From Octopus sinensis (taxonomy: Eukaryota): 64,000 nucleotides of DNA. The stretch spans positions 136,884 to 200,883 of the forward strand of contig NW_021836137.1 in NCBI RefSeq assembly GCF_006345805.1. Reading direction: 5' to 3'. Position 1 is the stretch's first letter. Every line of letters starts with the position of its first letter. Below the pieces are notes generated by a model, which was given only the letters and a program-made list of their open reading frames with translations, was not told the DNA's origin and did no database searches. Both the position numbers and the translations under genes were made by a program. Of the stretch, positions 12,721 to 25,808 are shown in pieces.

Positions 12721-13347
12721 CTTCTTTCATCATATAGTTCTATAAACATATTCTACATGAAACTTAAAGAAGATGATTTTCTAATGTAGATATGGAAATA
12801 TTAAGGAAGGGCAGTGGAGTAATCATGTTGGTAGCAAATACAACATGAGAAAAGATTAAACACATTATAATACATAGATACTAACCATGAAGATTGTGAG
12901 TCAAAGGGTGGAAGATAGAAGGGTGGAAGATAGAAGAAATAATTACAGTTCTTATCAGGTGCAGAGGATTAGAAAATGAGGGAATGAAAAATTACCTGAA
13001 ACAAAAATTCTCAGCCAGTTAACTTTAACAGCAAATCCCTTTAAACTAAAATCAATATTATTTCATAACTCTTTTCAATAATCTATTGCGATACAGAATA
13101 TATGTTGCATTTTGCATTCCTCCTATCTGAAAACACTAAAAGAAGAAGAAAAAAAGAAAGATATGAAGACTTTCTTTCAGGATACAGTACAGTTAATTAA
13201 CACCCTACACAAATATCTCCAGACCACTTGAACTAAAGCTCACAGGCAATGAAACTAATACATCCTTTGAATCATGCTTTGCATTTATTTTTCACCACCA
13301 AATTTCATTTTATCTGTTTTTATAAAGATTAAGAATATTGTTTTGAG

Positions 13348-13652
13348 CAGTGGTTCCCAATCTTTTCACTACCAAAGGTTCCTCTTTTATTTAAATGAAT
13401 TTTCCTAGGCTTTTGAAAAGTCTGACTATTTAATGAGATGATTTTATTGAGTAACAACTAAACTTGTTACACCACCTTCAGCTTACGACTGAAAGATATT
13501 AGCAACTGAGAAACAATATAATTGTGTAATTATAAATTTTACTCTGCAGCCCTCTAAAAGTTTGGACTTAACTCACAGACTTCCAATACTATACTACTTC
13601 TGTGGACCCCAGGGGTCTACAGACCCCACCAAGTTTAGAATTACAATCCTAG
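13348..13652. mobile_element. hAT-like MITE (degenerate)
   Basis: left end CAGTGGTTCCCAA; right end GTGGACCCCAGGGGTCTACAGACCCC..TTTAGAATTAC is a decayed counterpart. Confidence 0.5.
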
Positions 13653-14663
13653 ATAATATGCATCTATATTCAAAATGTTTAACAATACAGGTTTATCATA
13701 ACAAATTACCTGTAGAGTGAATAAAATTACTAATTGCTAATTGCCATGTCTTCCAAACATAGGTTAAATAAAACATTTATTTTTAAAAAGTGCCAAAATC
13801 TCAGTGGAAATTAAGAAATTAAAAAAGCAAAACAAAAACTAGGAAAACAAATTTCTCAAATATTATATTAAAAACCAGTGGTGTAAGTAATATCAAGTTA
13901 AACATTTTTACAACTGAGAATAATTAATAATTTGATTAAAAATTAACTTCAGTCCCATCTTTCGGAAATACTTTTCATATTTTCTAAAATAGTTTTAAAA
14001 ATTAAATTATTTTTAATGGTAAAGCTTGAAGTGGATAAAGTTATAAATAATCATATATAGACTATTTGGTTAAAAGATAGAAAAACGCTGAAAGCTTTCC
14101 AGGGAACTTGAACAATTAAAAGTTATTTACTTCATACCTCTCAAACTTTCTAAATTCTTATAATGTAGACAGTTTTGAAAATTATTTGAAAGTAAATCAA
14201 AATTATGTTAGAATATTTTTAATTATTTCACAAGAAATTTGAAAACACTCACAAGCAGTGCATTTCTCAAAATGGAAAATAATAGGTACAACAGGGTTTT
14301 AAAAGGGCAACAGATCACTACATGTTTTCACATGATAACTTAAACAATTTCCAGGACAGTTTAGCTTTTGTGTCTCTACATCGTGATCGGAGCATGTCAG
14401 GAAATACAGATTTTTAACAAAAGAAAAAGAAAACCAGATGAAAATTACACTGCTGTATTGATTTTTACCTATCTCGAATATTGCTCTTTGATTTCCATAG
14501 GGATTTCATTGAATAACAGAAATTTGTATTTAACCATATCACTAACAGCAGCAGTCAACCGTAGCTTTTGTTAAAGTGATGTTTTGTCTGTTCATGGTGG
14601 AATAAATATCAAGTGCCATTGTAGTTAGGTAGGGATTTGTACCATAGTAGATAACAGACTCAC

Positions 14664-14786
14664 TTTCATATAACCTGGCATTATTAGCTTGTACATTATA
14701 TGGTAAAGATAACATGCTAAATGTACTTCATTTAATAGGGAGTTGAAGTTGGTGGGAAGGAGTTGTGCCAACACAAACATTAACAC
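14664..14786 (-). CDS. candidate 123-nt symmetric exon (VLMFVLAQLLPTNFNSLLNEVHLACYLYHIMYKLIMPGYMK)
   Basis: acceptor ttgtgtagcttcctgttcag, donor AAA|GTGAGT; only phase 0 is open over the full length. Confidence 0.3.
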
Positions 14787-14879
14787 CTGAACAGGAAGCT
14801 ACACAAAGCAAAGAAAAATCATATAATTGATGAATAGTAGTGTTTTTTTAAACCTGTTATCTAGAAATCTCTGGGATGA

Positions 14880-15245
14880 AAGGAGAGAGAGAGAGAAACA
14901 GAGAGAGAGAGAGAGAGAGAGAGATTTTGAAAGGAAGGAAGAAAAAGAAAGCAAGGAGGAAAAGAAGGAAACAGTAAATCCAGATAAAAAAAACATAAAA
15001 AAGAAAGGAAGAGTGCAGGATATGCAGAGAAGATAGAGAGGAAATGAAAAAGGAAAGTAAAAGATGAAAATATAGAAATGTGCAGTGATAGGATGACAAG
15101 AGACAGAAAGAATGAAAAGGTGATAGAGGGAAAATGAATGAGAGAAAGGCAAAGAAAAATGAATGACAGGAAGAGAAATGAAAGAGAAAGGTAATAAAAA
15201 GCAGAGAGAGAGATAGAGAGAGTGGGAGAGACAATGAGAGATTGA
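14880..15245. repeat. GA-rich low-complexity tract
   Basis: purine-only runs and (GA)n; explains the SLSL/ERER ORFs. Confidence 0.9.
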
Positions 15246-16091
15246 AGGATCAATACATATGAGAAGTTCTGAAGTTTCTCCTTGATTTTCCAACCATATT
15301 GATGCTTACTAATTAGAAACATTTCTAAAGAATGGTATGAATATATTGACTTGAACTAATGTAGTTAATTATCCATAATCTTTAGTTATCAACACCAAGC
15401 TTATATTTCAAGGAAACCATGTGTTGAAGAATTAGGCAGTTATCAATTTTCTGTCATGTATGTTGTAAAATTATTGATTTTTCTTCTTTTTTTTTTTATT
15501 CCTCTACATTCAACAAAAGGATCTTTGCTGATGGAAATGTTCAATGAGCTGCAACAGTCATTATGGTTAAGGCAAATGAACTAGCGCAAGCAGCGAGATA
15601 TAATAATTCTTCGAAAGCTACTAAATGAAATAAAGTTTCAGAATTGTAGATTAATTCCAGTGACCACCGTTCTATATTCTAGCTGAAATCCATAAAAATA
15701 GCGGTGTAAATTATAAAGTGCATCTTATAGAAAGCTGTGAATTTGTCACAAATGGCATAGTGAGAGAATAATTAATCTTAAATCAAGAATTCAAACACAG
15801 CTACATGAATCATGCAGTAATTAGGTAAGGCTCATTTACATTAGATACTTATTCTATCAAGCTGAAAACTATGGCATCACTTCCCACATTACAGTTGAGT
15901 GATTTAATTGTAAGGCAGCCAAAGTGAAAGTCATTTAATTCTCAAAGCCATGCAGATATATGGAATTCTATTCTATTTTCACAAAAAAAAAAGGCCCTAA
16001 TAACCATTCAAGTAACACTATAGATCTGTGAAAGCTTCCATACAGATAGCTATTGAGACAGCAAGCTGAAAATTTATTAGGAAGAGATATA

Positions 16092-16479
16092 TCTTTATAT
16101 ATAAAAGTAAGGTTGTGTGTCTGTCTCCTACGATTTAGATTCCTAACTACTCCCACATTTTGCGGTGCAGTTTAACCAAAACCGGGTATCTTATAGTCGT
16201 GATTCATATCGAGCCCTTCTGGGTATTAGCGCGCGTCTACAATGAGTCTACGATTTAAAAAAAAATTTACCATCATTTTTTCCATTTTTTTCGCTATTAT
16301 ATAAGGGAAGTAACTCTCTAAAAATGTCTACGATGAGTTAAACGATTTAAAAAAAATTTACCATCATTTTTTTTCCATTTTTAATGCATTCTTTTGCTAT
16401 TTTTTTGTTATAACTCTCTAAAAATGCTTATATAGTTATTTCCCTTACAAACCCAAGCAACGCCGGGCGATACTGCTAG
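16092..16479 (+). mobile_element. non-autonomous Helitron
   Basis: A|TC 5' end (TCTTTATATATAAAAG), subterminal hairpin CCCAAGCAACGCCGGGC, CTAG|T 3' end; internal duplication of about 95 bp. Confidence 0.85.
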
Positions 16480-16691
16480 TCACAAATAAAATACTTTAAA
16501 ACCTTATTTCTAAAAAGTGTTTATAAGTTCAATTCCTAAATGGAGCACCAGATTGTTACATTGTAATAGTTCCTCATGACCAGACATGATTTTGCAGAAC
16601 ACTGGAAATGAATGGAGCTGCTTCTATGTCAGTGAAACTCACATACAAATATCATCCAATGTCAAGACAAGGGGATCTAAACACACACACC

Positions 16692-16724
<33 letters not shown>

Positions 16725-16792
16725 TATTGGTAAAAACGGTAAGATAACAAAAGAAAGAAAGAGACCTCAATATTATGTAAATAGAGGAATTT

Positions 16793-16876
16793 ATCTGTAA
16801 AATAATGTGACAATTATTCAGTAGCCAAGAGTTTTGTCTTGGCTACTGAATAATTGTCACATATTATTTTACAGAT
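16793..16876. repeat. near-perfect hairpin (38-40 bp arms)
   Basis: ATCTGTAAAATAATGTGACAATTATTCAGTAGCCAAGA / TCTTGGCTACTGAATAATTGTCACATATTATTTTACAGAT with a 6-nt loop. Confidence 0.95.
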
Positions 16877-16878
16877 AC

Positions 16879-17117
16879 ATTTTATAATTATATACATAAT
16901 TATAACAAGGGCTTGGCTTGCGCCTCACCACACACTGATAAATAGACATCAAAAGACACTATTGCCACCATAAATTCTCCGAGAAAAACACACTGTGAGT
17001 GGTTATTAGTGTATTTTTCTCAGAGAATTTATGGGGGCAATAGTGTCTTTTGACATCTATTTTTCAGTGCATGGTGAGGTGCAAGCCTTGTTATGATTAC
17101 GTATATAATTATAAAAT
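16879..17117. repeat. imperfect long hairpin (about 110 bp arms)
   Basis: ATAGACATCAAAAGACACTATTGCCACCATAAATTCTC versus GAGAATTTATGGGGGCAATAGTGTCTTTTGACATCTAT; loop at about 16995-17007. Confidence 0.9.
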
Positions 17118-17214
17118 ATTTATATCAATTTACCTATGGGGTTTTATTTTTGCACTGACCACTTGGTAAAACTCATTTATGATTTTACCCTTTATTATAT
17201 ATATATATATATAT

Positions 17215-17335
17215 ATGATGATCTTTTAGTTTCCATCAATGAAATCCACTTACAAGACTCCAGTTAGACCTGGGTGCCACACAGTGGAACTGAACCCAAA
17301 TCCATGTGCTTGGGAAGCGAACTTTTCAATGACAC
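17215..17335 (-). mobile_element. SINE fragment
   Basis: AATCCACTTACAAG..GTGCCACACAGTGGAACTGAACCC, reverse of the SINE head. Confidence 0.7.
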
Positions 17336-17989
17336 AATGTTGTTCATGTTACTGAGAAGTAAAAAGCAGAATTAGAAGTGTATCTGACAAAATGCTTTGA
17401 GTATAGTTATGTCTCTTCTCATTTGCTTTGTAATTCCATCAGGTTGAACTTAATATTTTCTAAAATAAATGATGTCTGTTCTATATTAGAAGTTGGCTCA
17501 AGTGATTATAAATGAGTTAATATAAAGAAAATAAATAAATAAAATTTGGTTTATATAAGGTTCAATTTAGTTATTCTCTCTGCCAAAATATTAAACTTTA
17601 TAATGAAAGAAACTTCTTAGGCAAAATGTTTAACGTCTAAGAAAACTCAACCTTCAAAAGTCAGCTGCACTGAACATTATTCTTCTTAGAATATAAATAA
17701 TCTTATACTTGTTATAATGCATTAGAATACCTAGAGCTTTATTTTCACACAAACTATCTGATTCTCAAGGTAAAAAAAAACATACATATGAAAGCACATT
17801 TCTCGCCATATATAGAAAGATGTCTCTGACCACTATAACACCAAGTGCTTTAATGAAACCCTTTCTCAAGAATACTCCAATATCAAATAATGGCAATTTA
17901 ATTATCACAACTGGCTATTTAGTTTGCCATGCTGGAGAACATCATGAGGGAGTGCTGTCGTCACAAACCATTTATCTAAGTGACCACTA

Positions 17990-18640
17990 GGGCACAGAAT
18001 ATGGAACCCTGCCAAAAACTGAGGTAGAGCAGCTTATTTCTAGCTTAGTGCTTTTCCTACATTTGGCTCACAAGGAAAATAGCACCAGTACTACTCTCCT
18101 GACATAAAGCCAAACACTATCACATCTTAGCTAACTTTGTTCCCAATCAATTGAGTTATAGCTCTTTCTGCAATTTTTATAAATTTGACCAGCAATTTGG
18201 TACCACTGTTATTTCCCCTCTCTAGCTCACTTTTTTAGCCCTTGTAGTAAAGTCACAGTAATGCAGCTATACCCATCATATTAGGATTGACATGTTCCTG
18301 ATTGGTAATACAAATGACTAGCCCACATCCTTCTCTGCCATCTCTGTGGTAATTCTCAACAGACTAGGCACTTTCTCAACCTTCATATCCTTAATTGTCC
18401 TGTCTGTCATACTACTGTTGACTTGAATGGCAGGTCCCTCTGTTTAATATACTTGGAAGAGATTCCAACTCTTCCCCCGTGAATTCTCTACATTCAAGAG
18501 CTTCTAATAGTACCACATCCGTATCACTTTCTTTTCTGCACCAGTAAGAGAATGTGTACAATTGCCATTCTATAAATATTCTTCTCTCAAACCCATTGCC
18601 TAGCAATCCAAAACACCTCATGCTTCTGATCTTGACATTA
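17990..18640 (-). mobile_element. decayed RTE-clade LINE RT fragment
   Basis: minus reading EGPAIQVNSSMTDRTIKDMKVEK..RGNNSGTKLL..AERAITQLI..FGFMSG resembles RTE AIKDMKTGKA..NYRGIKLL..QFGF.PG. Confidence 0.7.
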
Positions 18641-18828
18641 CAAAACATGTACAAAACTATCTATACATGTGCATGTATGTATGTGTCAGCATATGTACAT
18701 GTCTGTGCATGTGTAGTCTGTGTGTTTGTGTATGTGCGTACATGTGTACTCACAAACAAGTAACCACTAACATTTTCCAAGTAGTTAATCACTGTTGTAG
18801 ATATAAATTTTTGCAACACTCACACCAT

Positions 18829-18952
18829 CTCATATATATATATATATATATACATATATACATATATATGTATATATATACATATATATATAGATATATA
18901 CATATATACATATATATATACATATATACATACATATATATATATATGTATG

Positions 18953-18995
<43 letters not shown>

Positions 18996-19020
18996 CACAC
19001 ACACATACATATATGCATAT
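18829..19020. repeat. (TA)n compound microsatellite
   Basis: directly visible. Confidence 0.95.
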
Positions 19021-19139
19021 TTTATTCCATGTACACATATGCGATAGCTACAATTCATATGTCCAAAGACGCACATTCAGAATAAATACGCTAAAGAAAA
19101 AACATCAACATTGAAGAAAAACACACTCAATTCAAATCT

Positions 19140-19430
19140 TTTGTTAGTCTGGGGTAATTGACATTCTTTGTGATTAACTTACCAATCTGGTGACTGACAT
19201 GAATATGGTATCAATTGACATTGGCATTTCCAAAGATTTGCACACTTACTTGCCAGTGCTGTTGCAGCTAATCAAAGCAATAAACCTAATTCTAAAGCAA
19301 GTTTTTGGCATCACTACACTTGGTATTCATTTCTTGTCCAGTTAATGGCTTGATGGGACAGCACTGAGAGAAAATTAGGAGGCATCTTACATTCAAAGCC
19401 ATACCCCATGAGTCCACTCAACATGTCTTC
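19140..19430 (+). mobile_element. decayed CR1/L2-like RT fragment
   Basis: VSIDIGISKDL resembles LDISKAFD; similar to 2420-2800. Confidence 0.35.
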
Positions 19431-19554
19431 AAGTTTAATAAAGAAAGATGTGTCAGAGCTGATTAGAACAGCAGCAGTGAAAACAGTTCAATAGGAAAGA
19501 TGAAGAACAGCAAAACATAAAACGGCAACATCTACAAAAAAGTCAACAGCAACA

Positions 19555-19910
19555 TGTATGTGTGTGTTTGTGTGTGTGTGTGTGAGAGCATGAGAGGAGA
19601 AACAGAGAGTGAGAGAGACGAGAGGAAAGAGAGAGGAGAAAAGGAGAAAGAGGAGACAAGTGAGAGACAAGAGGAGAAAGAGAGGAGAGAAGCAGAGAGG
19701 GGAGAGAGGAGAGAACGGGAGAGACACAGAGGAGAGAAAAGAGTTATTAGATTACAAAATAAGTGTTTAGGAACAGTGGCAGAAAAGATAGTGTTCAAGT
19801 ATAAGTGAAATGTAATGGAAAAAGTAAAAGAAGAATTTGGAAAATGCTTTAAAAAGAAAAGAAAGGAGAAAAAGAAAAGAACATTCCTTTGAAGAATGAA
19901 GAAGGTCAAT
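19555..19910. repeat. (TG)n plus GA-rich tract
   Basis: directly visible. Confidence 0.9.
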
Positions 19911-20289
19911 CAAAAAAGCAAGGGGGAAAAATGATTGGAGAAATACTGGTAGAGAAATACTGGTATAGGAATTGTGATGTAGTTTATTTTAAGGAGACAG
20001 TGAGGAGAGGCAGAAGAGATAGCAGTAAAAGTAGAGAGTGAAAAAGAAGAGCAATAAACTAACTGAAGGACAAATCACAAGTCTGTATAAATCTATCAAA
20101 ATTAGAGGAAGGTAGAGAGTTAATAAGAGAATTTATATGAGAAATTATATGACAGCGGGGCCATACAATTATGTATGTGTGTGTGAGAGAGAGAGGTGAA
20201 TAGATAAAATTGTTAGTTTGAAATTTTTTGAAAGGTAAACAGTAATAAAAATCGTCATCATTGTCATCTCTATCATTTTGCATCTCTTT

Positions 20290-20720
20290 TACCAGGCTGC
20301 AACAGACAGATTCTTATAGTCAAACTCATATTAAGATATGTAGAGCACCTGAGATAACCAATGTCTTACAATGAAGATAGTGTGCATTTTACCATAGCAC
20401 CAGTACTATATCAAGAAATCTAAAGGGTCACAAAATACTTGTCTCTTAGACAAGTAGCATGCAATGCTTCTTGTGGGATCCATGCCTCACATTTACATTG
20501 TAGTATATTTTCTACAGATGAATGTCCTTCCTACATACTTCTAGTCACATTCCAGACTGTACTAGATGCACATATCCATGCCACTAGCACTTGGGGCTTG
20601 CCATATGATAGGACTAAAGAGTCCCTACCATCACATATTAGTTATTTGGACAGTACTATCCTTCTGGAAATTTAGTGTGTTATGACTAGCAATGTTTGTG
20701 TTTTTCTCTATTCCTGGGAA
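20290..20720 (-). mobile_element. decayed RTE-clade LINE fragment
   Basis: VENILQCKCEAW resembles the RTE G.NSI.C..C..W.H cysteine motif downstream of RT. Confidence 0.4.
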
Positions 20721-20904
20721 GCACAGAGAGTGTGGCCAAGATAAAACTAGTGTAAGAATGGAGAAGAATTTTATTTCTTCCTATGATTTATATTTCTCTT
20801 TAATCCTTAGCTTTCTGTCAGATGTAATGTTTATTTGTTCACATTGTTTTGAATCAATCATGGATCATTTTCCAGCTTCAAGATTTCAATGATATGATTG
20901 TATA

Positions 20905-21017
20905 TTTTTAAAATGACATTGAAGGGTAGATGTGAGAGGCCAGATCTGGCTTGTTTGAACATAAAACAAGTAGAACACTTTGGTCAGATATGGCCTGTTT
21001 AAACGATGAAGGGTTAA
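20905..21017. mobile_element. one end of a probable TTAA-type (piggyBac-like) MITE
   Basis: ends in AGGGTTAA; related end at about 42715-42733; partner TIR not found. Confidence 0.3.
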
Positions 21018-21519
21018 TCAATTTCTCTGTACTATTATTTCAATATCAATGAAGACAATGAGCTAATGGAATTCTTAGAACATCTGGAAAAATGCTTTCC
21101 AGTATTTCTTCTGGCTCTTTACATATCACTTTCAAATTCCAGTGAAGTCAGCTTTACCTTTCCCCATTTTAGAAGTCAATAAAATGAAATACCAATCAAA
21201 AACTGGGGGTCGATACATCAAATAATTGCCTCCCATCAAAATGACTGGCCTTGTGCCTATGTTGGAAACCATAATTTCAATATCATTGACATGATCACAT
21301 GACATGGCTATGTCAATTCCTTGGTTGATACATCTATTTTCTCTATTAGCTGTATATTCAAACTATATAACAGTTGATAGAGCCTAATGATAGGCATTAC
21401 CTTCCTGGAAAGAGAAACGCTAGATTACCATATCTTCTTCACTTTATTTCTAATATTATTACTGCTGCTGTATTTATTACTTTCTAAATTACAAATTATC
21501 ATTATTATTATTATTCATC

Positions 21520-21680
21520 CATGCTTACCTTTCAAGTTCTAATTCCACTAGGTTCCACTCTGCTTTTCATCCTTTCAGGATTGATTAAGTACCAGTTGAG
21601 CACTGGAGTCAATGTAATTGACTTAGTCCCTCCACCTAAATTGTTGGCCTTATGCTAAAATTTGAAGTCATTATCATTAT
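21520..21680 (+). mobile_element. SINE with Nin/Deu-like central domain
   Basis: CTGCTTTTCATCCTTTCAGGATTGATTAAGTACCAG resembles the GCCTTTCATCCTTTCGGGGTCGATAAA.TAAGTACC core; further copies at about 21075-21290, 22350-22745, 37400-37615, 52930-53100. Confidence 0.65.
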
Positions 21681-21699
21681 TATTGAGTGAGAGAGTAGT

Positions 21700-22170
21700 G
21701 CATGCCCTCAAAGTGACACTGAGGTAAAATATACGAAGCTCAGTATAACCATCATGACTACCCGTCTGATAAGGGTACACTAGGCACATGCATCACAACA
21801 ATATGTGCGTGACATGGTGATCTCATATCAAGATAAACAGCACATGACCTTGCAGGTGGGGGCCCAGTTAGAATTTTCTTCTGGTCGAGTAACCCATCCC
21901 GTTCAAAAGGTCCCTAAATAAGGGTTGTTTAAGGATGTTGAATGAAACACCCATGTTTCCAGAGGTGAATTATTCAAACCCCAAAGAATCCCTCTCAACA
22001 CATTGCTATGATGCTCCCCCACTATTTCTGCTCATGATCAGAGATGCACATATTGTCAGCCACTAAGGGACATGCTCAACTGGTTAAGGTCAAACAACTG
22101 ACAAGCAAATCTGTGGTACTGAGCAGAATATTTGCTGTAGCCTATCTTTTATAATAAGACAAAACAATGT
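21700..22170. mobile_element. interspersed repeat of unresolved class
   Basis: GC-richer block bounded by (ATT)n runs and wedged between SINE copies; no host-like ORF. Confidence 0.45.
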
Positions 22171-23097
22171 ACGTTATAATTATTATTATTATTATTATTA
22201 TTATTTGGTTTGACTCAGGTTCGCTCTAATTCCTGATAGGATTTATGTGGGTCGTGGCTTACAACCTGTAACCTGTATCCACAAGTTTTCAGTAGTCTCC
22301 TGATATCTTTATTATTATCATTATTTCTATCATCATTACTATTATTATGCTGAAGTGTAGAGCTTGCAGAACTGTTAGCATGCCAGACAATATGGTTAAT
22401 GGCATGTCTCTATGTTCTGAGTTCAAATTCCACCAATGTTAACTTTACCTTTTTGTCTTCTTAGGGTTGATAAAATAAGTACCAATTGAGTACTTGGGTC
22501 AATGTATTTGATTTAAATCCCTTTGAAGTTATTAGCCTTGTGCCAAATTTAGAAAGAGCTACTACTACTACTACTACCACCATCACCACCAGGGAGGTGG
22601 ATTAACAGAATCACTAAGCATCAGAAAAGACTTTTTGCAGCATTTCTTGCAGCATTTTATGTTCTGAGTTCAAATCCCACCAAAATCAGCTTTACCATTT
22701 GTTCTGCTGGCATCAATAAAAATAAAATACCAGTCAAATACAGATCTGCTGCATTAGTCCGACTTCACCATGCTGACAAAGTCAAATAGACTGAGACATA
22801 CATCCATACTTATCTCTTACTTGCAAACAAAAATCAAATTGCTCCTTCCTTAACCATGTACATTACCTTGAGAAATCTATTCTACATTTCTAGGAATTTC
22901 CCTTCTCTCAGAGTTGCTGAGATCAGCCATTGAGTTTTTTCTTTTTCCATTAACAACTCAGGAATTTTTATAAATTGGGGGAATTTATTTTACACAACAT
23001 TCAATACGTTACTCCCTATTTCATATAAAAGACATTAGTGTTTCTACCAAGGTGAGGTACCAAACAGAAGCCCTTGTTTTCTTCTGTTTTTGTTGTA

Positions 23098-23318
23098 CAG
23101 TAATCCCTCAATCAGCATGGGCGCTACGTTCCAAAACCTCTGTGATAGGTGAAAATCCACAAAGTAGAACCAGTATTGTACTGTGTTTTTTTTTTATTAT
23201 TTTCATCATTTGTATACATTTATTTTATAATAAATGCAAAACAACACCATGGAGGAATCAACGTAAGCTTAAATAATAAACCATGAGAGGTGAACCACAA
23301 TATGGCGAGGGATTACTG
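23098..23318. mobile_element. Tigger/pogo-like MITE
   Basis: perfect 12-bp TIR CAGTAATCCCTC / GAGGGATTACTG flanked by TA on both sides. Confidence 0.9.
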
Positions 23319-23712
23319 TACACTTTTGTGTCATGAACTGTAGAAGGGACTTATGCACAATAATGTTCAGGAATAAATAATCTATTTTCATTAGATAAGC
23401 TCATTTTTTTACTGTCATTTCAGAATGTAATCTTAAGTTTAGTCTTTTCTCACAAAGCAATTCTTTAAGTGAATGAAAAGGGCACATGTGTTAAAATGAT
23501 TTTTTGATGTCATTACTGTCTGAGCAGCATCAAAAAATTTTCATTTTTCCTATTTCAAAATATAATGCATTTGTAAAAATACACAATGTCAAACAGATTT
23601 GAGTCACACTAAAATAATCAAAATGATCAATGATTTAATAAGTAAGCAAAAGATTTTGAAATCATGTACAGATAACATGTGGGCCCACCTGACAATCAAC
23701 AGAAAAGCTTAC

Positions 23713-23783
23713 CTAGAAATATTAAGAATCAAAAGATACACATCAATAACAATGAATGCTGAGAGATATGAGAACGAATGTTT
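23713..23783 (-). CDS. candidate exon (KHSFSYLSAFIVIDVYLLILNIS)
   Basis: acceptor cgttttctttcaag, donor TAG|GTAAGC; phase 0 to 2; the only open frame. Confidence 0.25.
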
Positions 23784-23949
23784 CTTGAAAGAAAACGTTT
23801 TCAGTTTTTATGTCTTGAATTTTTCGATTAAGAACATGTATATGTGTGTGTGTGTATACAGTTGCAAGTTTTTGTAATGTAGAACCACTGCACATATGCC
23901 AAGAGGCTGATAGCAGAGATTTTCTTTGTTCCTCTTGAAGAAATGATAC

Positions 23950-24010
23950 CTTGTAATTATCAATTCCAGTACCTGGATTTAATGGAAATGGAAACAATAA
24001 AAGTCCATGT
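23950..24010 (-). CDS. candidate exon (HGLLLFPFPLNPGTGIDNYK)
   Basis: acceptor ttatgttgtag, donor AAG|GTATCA; phase 2 to 0. Confidence 0.25.
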
Positions 24011-24884
24011 CTACAACATAATTTAGGATATAAATCTTTTTAGCGTAGTATTATGGGATGTAAATGTTGATATTGATTCAAGCTTTGATATAGATGTGAA
24101 TGAATTATTTTGCGATTTTATTTTATTTTATTTATGTTGTTATTTGGTTTCTGGTTGATTTTTATTCTTTGCAAGTCGCCTAGAAAAAGATGAAACAATG
24201 ACAGAGAACATTTCAAAAGGATTGAGAAACTAGTTTGGATATGTTAATTATAACTGAACTACTGTAAAGGAATGTGTATGCAGCTACTACAAAATAAATT
24301 AGGTTAAATTATTACCTGGCAATACACATATACAATAAATGTGAGCAAGACACATTCAACAACCGTTATTAGGATATACTATTGTGGAAATATCGATAAA
24401 CAAGTTATTTCCAACAAGTAGTAGTTGGAAATGCAACAGCAAAATGGTTGAAATTAAGATTTAGGCATTCAGTTTCTTTTATTTATTTTACTTTTTTGGA
24501 AACTTGAAAGCAGAAATTGCAGACACACTTTGCATGTGTATTGAAATCATTATTTATGCATCTGTGTGTGCAAATATACACATTGTATTCATAGATAAAT
24601 ATACATGTAACTTATAAGCATAAGCATATACAAATGTGTGCATGAATATATTTATCCTTTATGGTTTACTTCTAACACACTGCAATTTCAATTCTTTGTC
24701 ACTGTGCAGATACACATTGGTTCAAAAATTCTTTAGACCTCTAATATCAATTGTGCTGAATTACTTGCTATCCTTGAAACACTAAAACACATATCACCAC
24801 AACTTTCATGCTTTTCTGATGACACTGATATGACTAGTAAAAGTATATCAAGTAGATATTTTTAAAGCCATATTGTAAACTACA

Positions 24885-24965
24885 ATGGCCAGCTCCTGTC
24901 AAACCATCCAACCCATGCCAGCCTGGACGGAGAACATTAAACAATGATGATAATGATGATGATAA
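24885..24965 (+). mobile_element. extreme 3' tail of RTE-like LINE
   Basis: GGCCAGCTCCTGTCAAACCATCCAACCCATGCCAGC..GATGAT matches 43835-43900. Confidence 0.75.
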
Positions 24966-25754
24966 ATGAACTAATGAAATTGCTATTCCAACAGAAATTA
25001 AATAGGTCATCACTATCACTTGAGCAAAGCACCAATGAAATTTGAATTAAATCAGACAAAACATGAAGAAGAAATAAAGAACAGCAACCCACATTCATTC
25101 AGTAACATTCAATAAATCATTTATTCTTTCCAAACAGACTGTATCTGTAGAAGCCTTACTATGTGTGAGAGAGCATTGGTTATAAATGTGGAAAATTGAG
25201 TTTGGATGGGCAATTGTAAATGTAAGAATGCCTAAAAGTATAGTACATGTGTGTGCATCTGCTGTGTTTACACACGCACACACACCTGTGTAGGAATATC
25301 TGTGCATACGTGACCTATTTGCCTCTTCAGCTTCAATTAATAAAGTTTTCATGACTGACCAGACACCCAGCAACACTGAACACATTGTTTACCATGAACT
25401 GTGAAAAGCAGCATAAAACACTGCAGTTTATTTATGTGTTTTTTGGTTTTTCTTAACTGTGAATGCTTAAACAAAATAAAGTATTAGAATCAGCTGCTTT
25501 GTAAAACCCTTAAAGTATTAAGGAATATCAATATGTGTTGGCAGCATAAGGGATTTATAGTGTTAAGTGTATACAAGTTGCATTTAGAACATACAAATAT
25601 ATATATATATGATTCCACAGAAGTAGCTAAATAAATGCATATGTATGCTTTTAAAAATGCACATTCTTACAAAATTTTCAGTTAAAGATTTAAGAGAGAA
25701 AATAATTCAATGTTTATTTCTTGTTCTGCTTATAGAGGTTAGAGCAAAAAAAAA

Positions 25755-25757
25755 AAA

Positions 25758-25797
<40 letters not shown>

Positions 25798-25808
25798 GTA
25801 ATAATAAT
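25755..25808. repeat. (AAT)n microsatellite
   Basis: directly visible. Confidence 0.95.
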
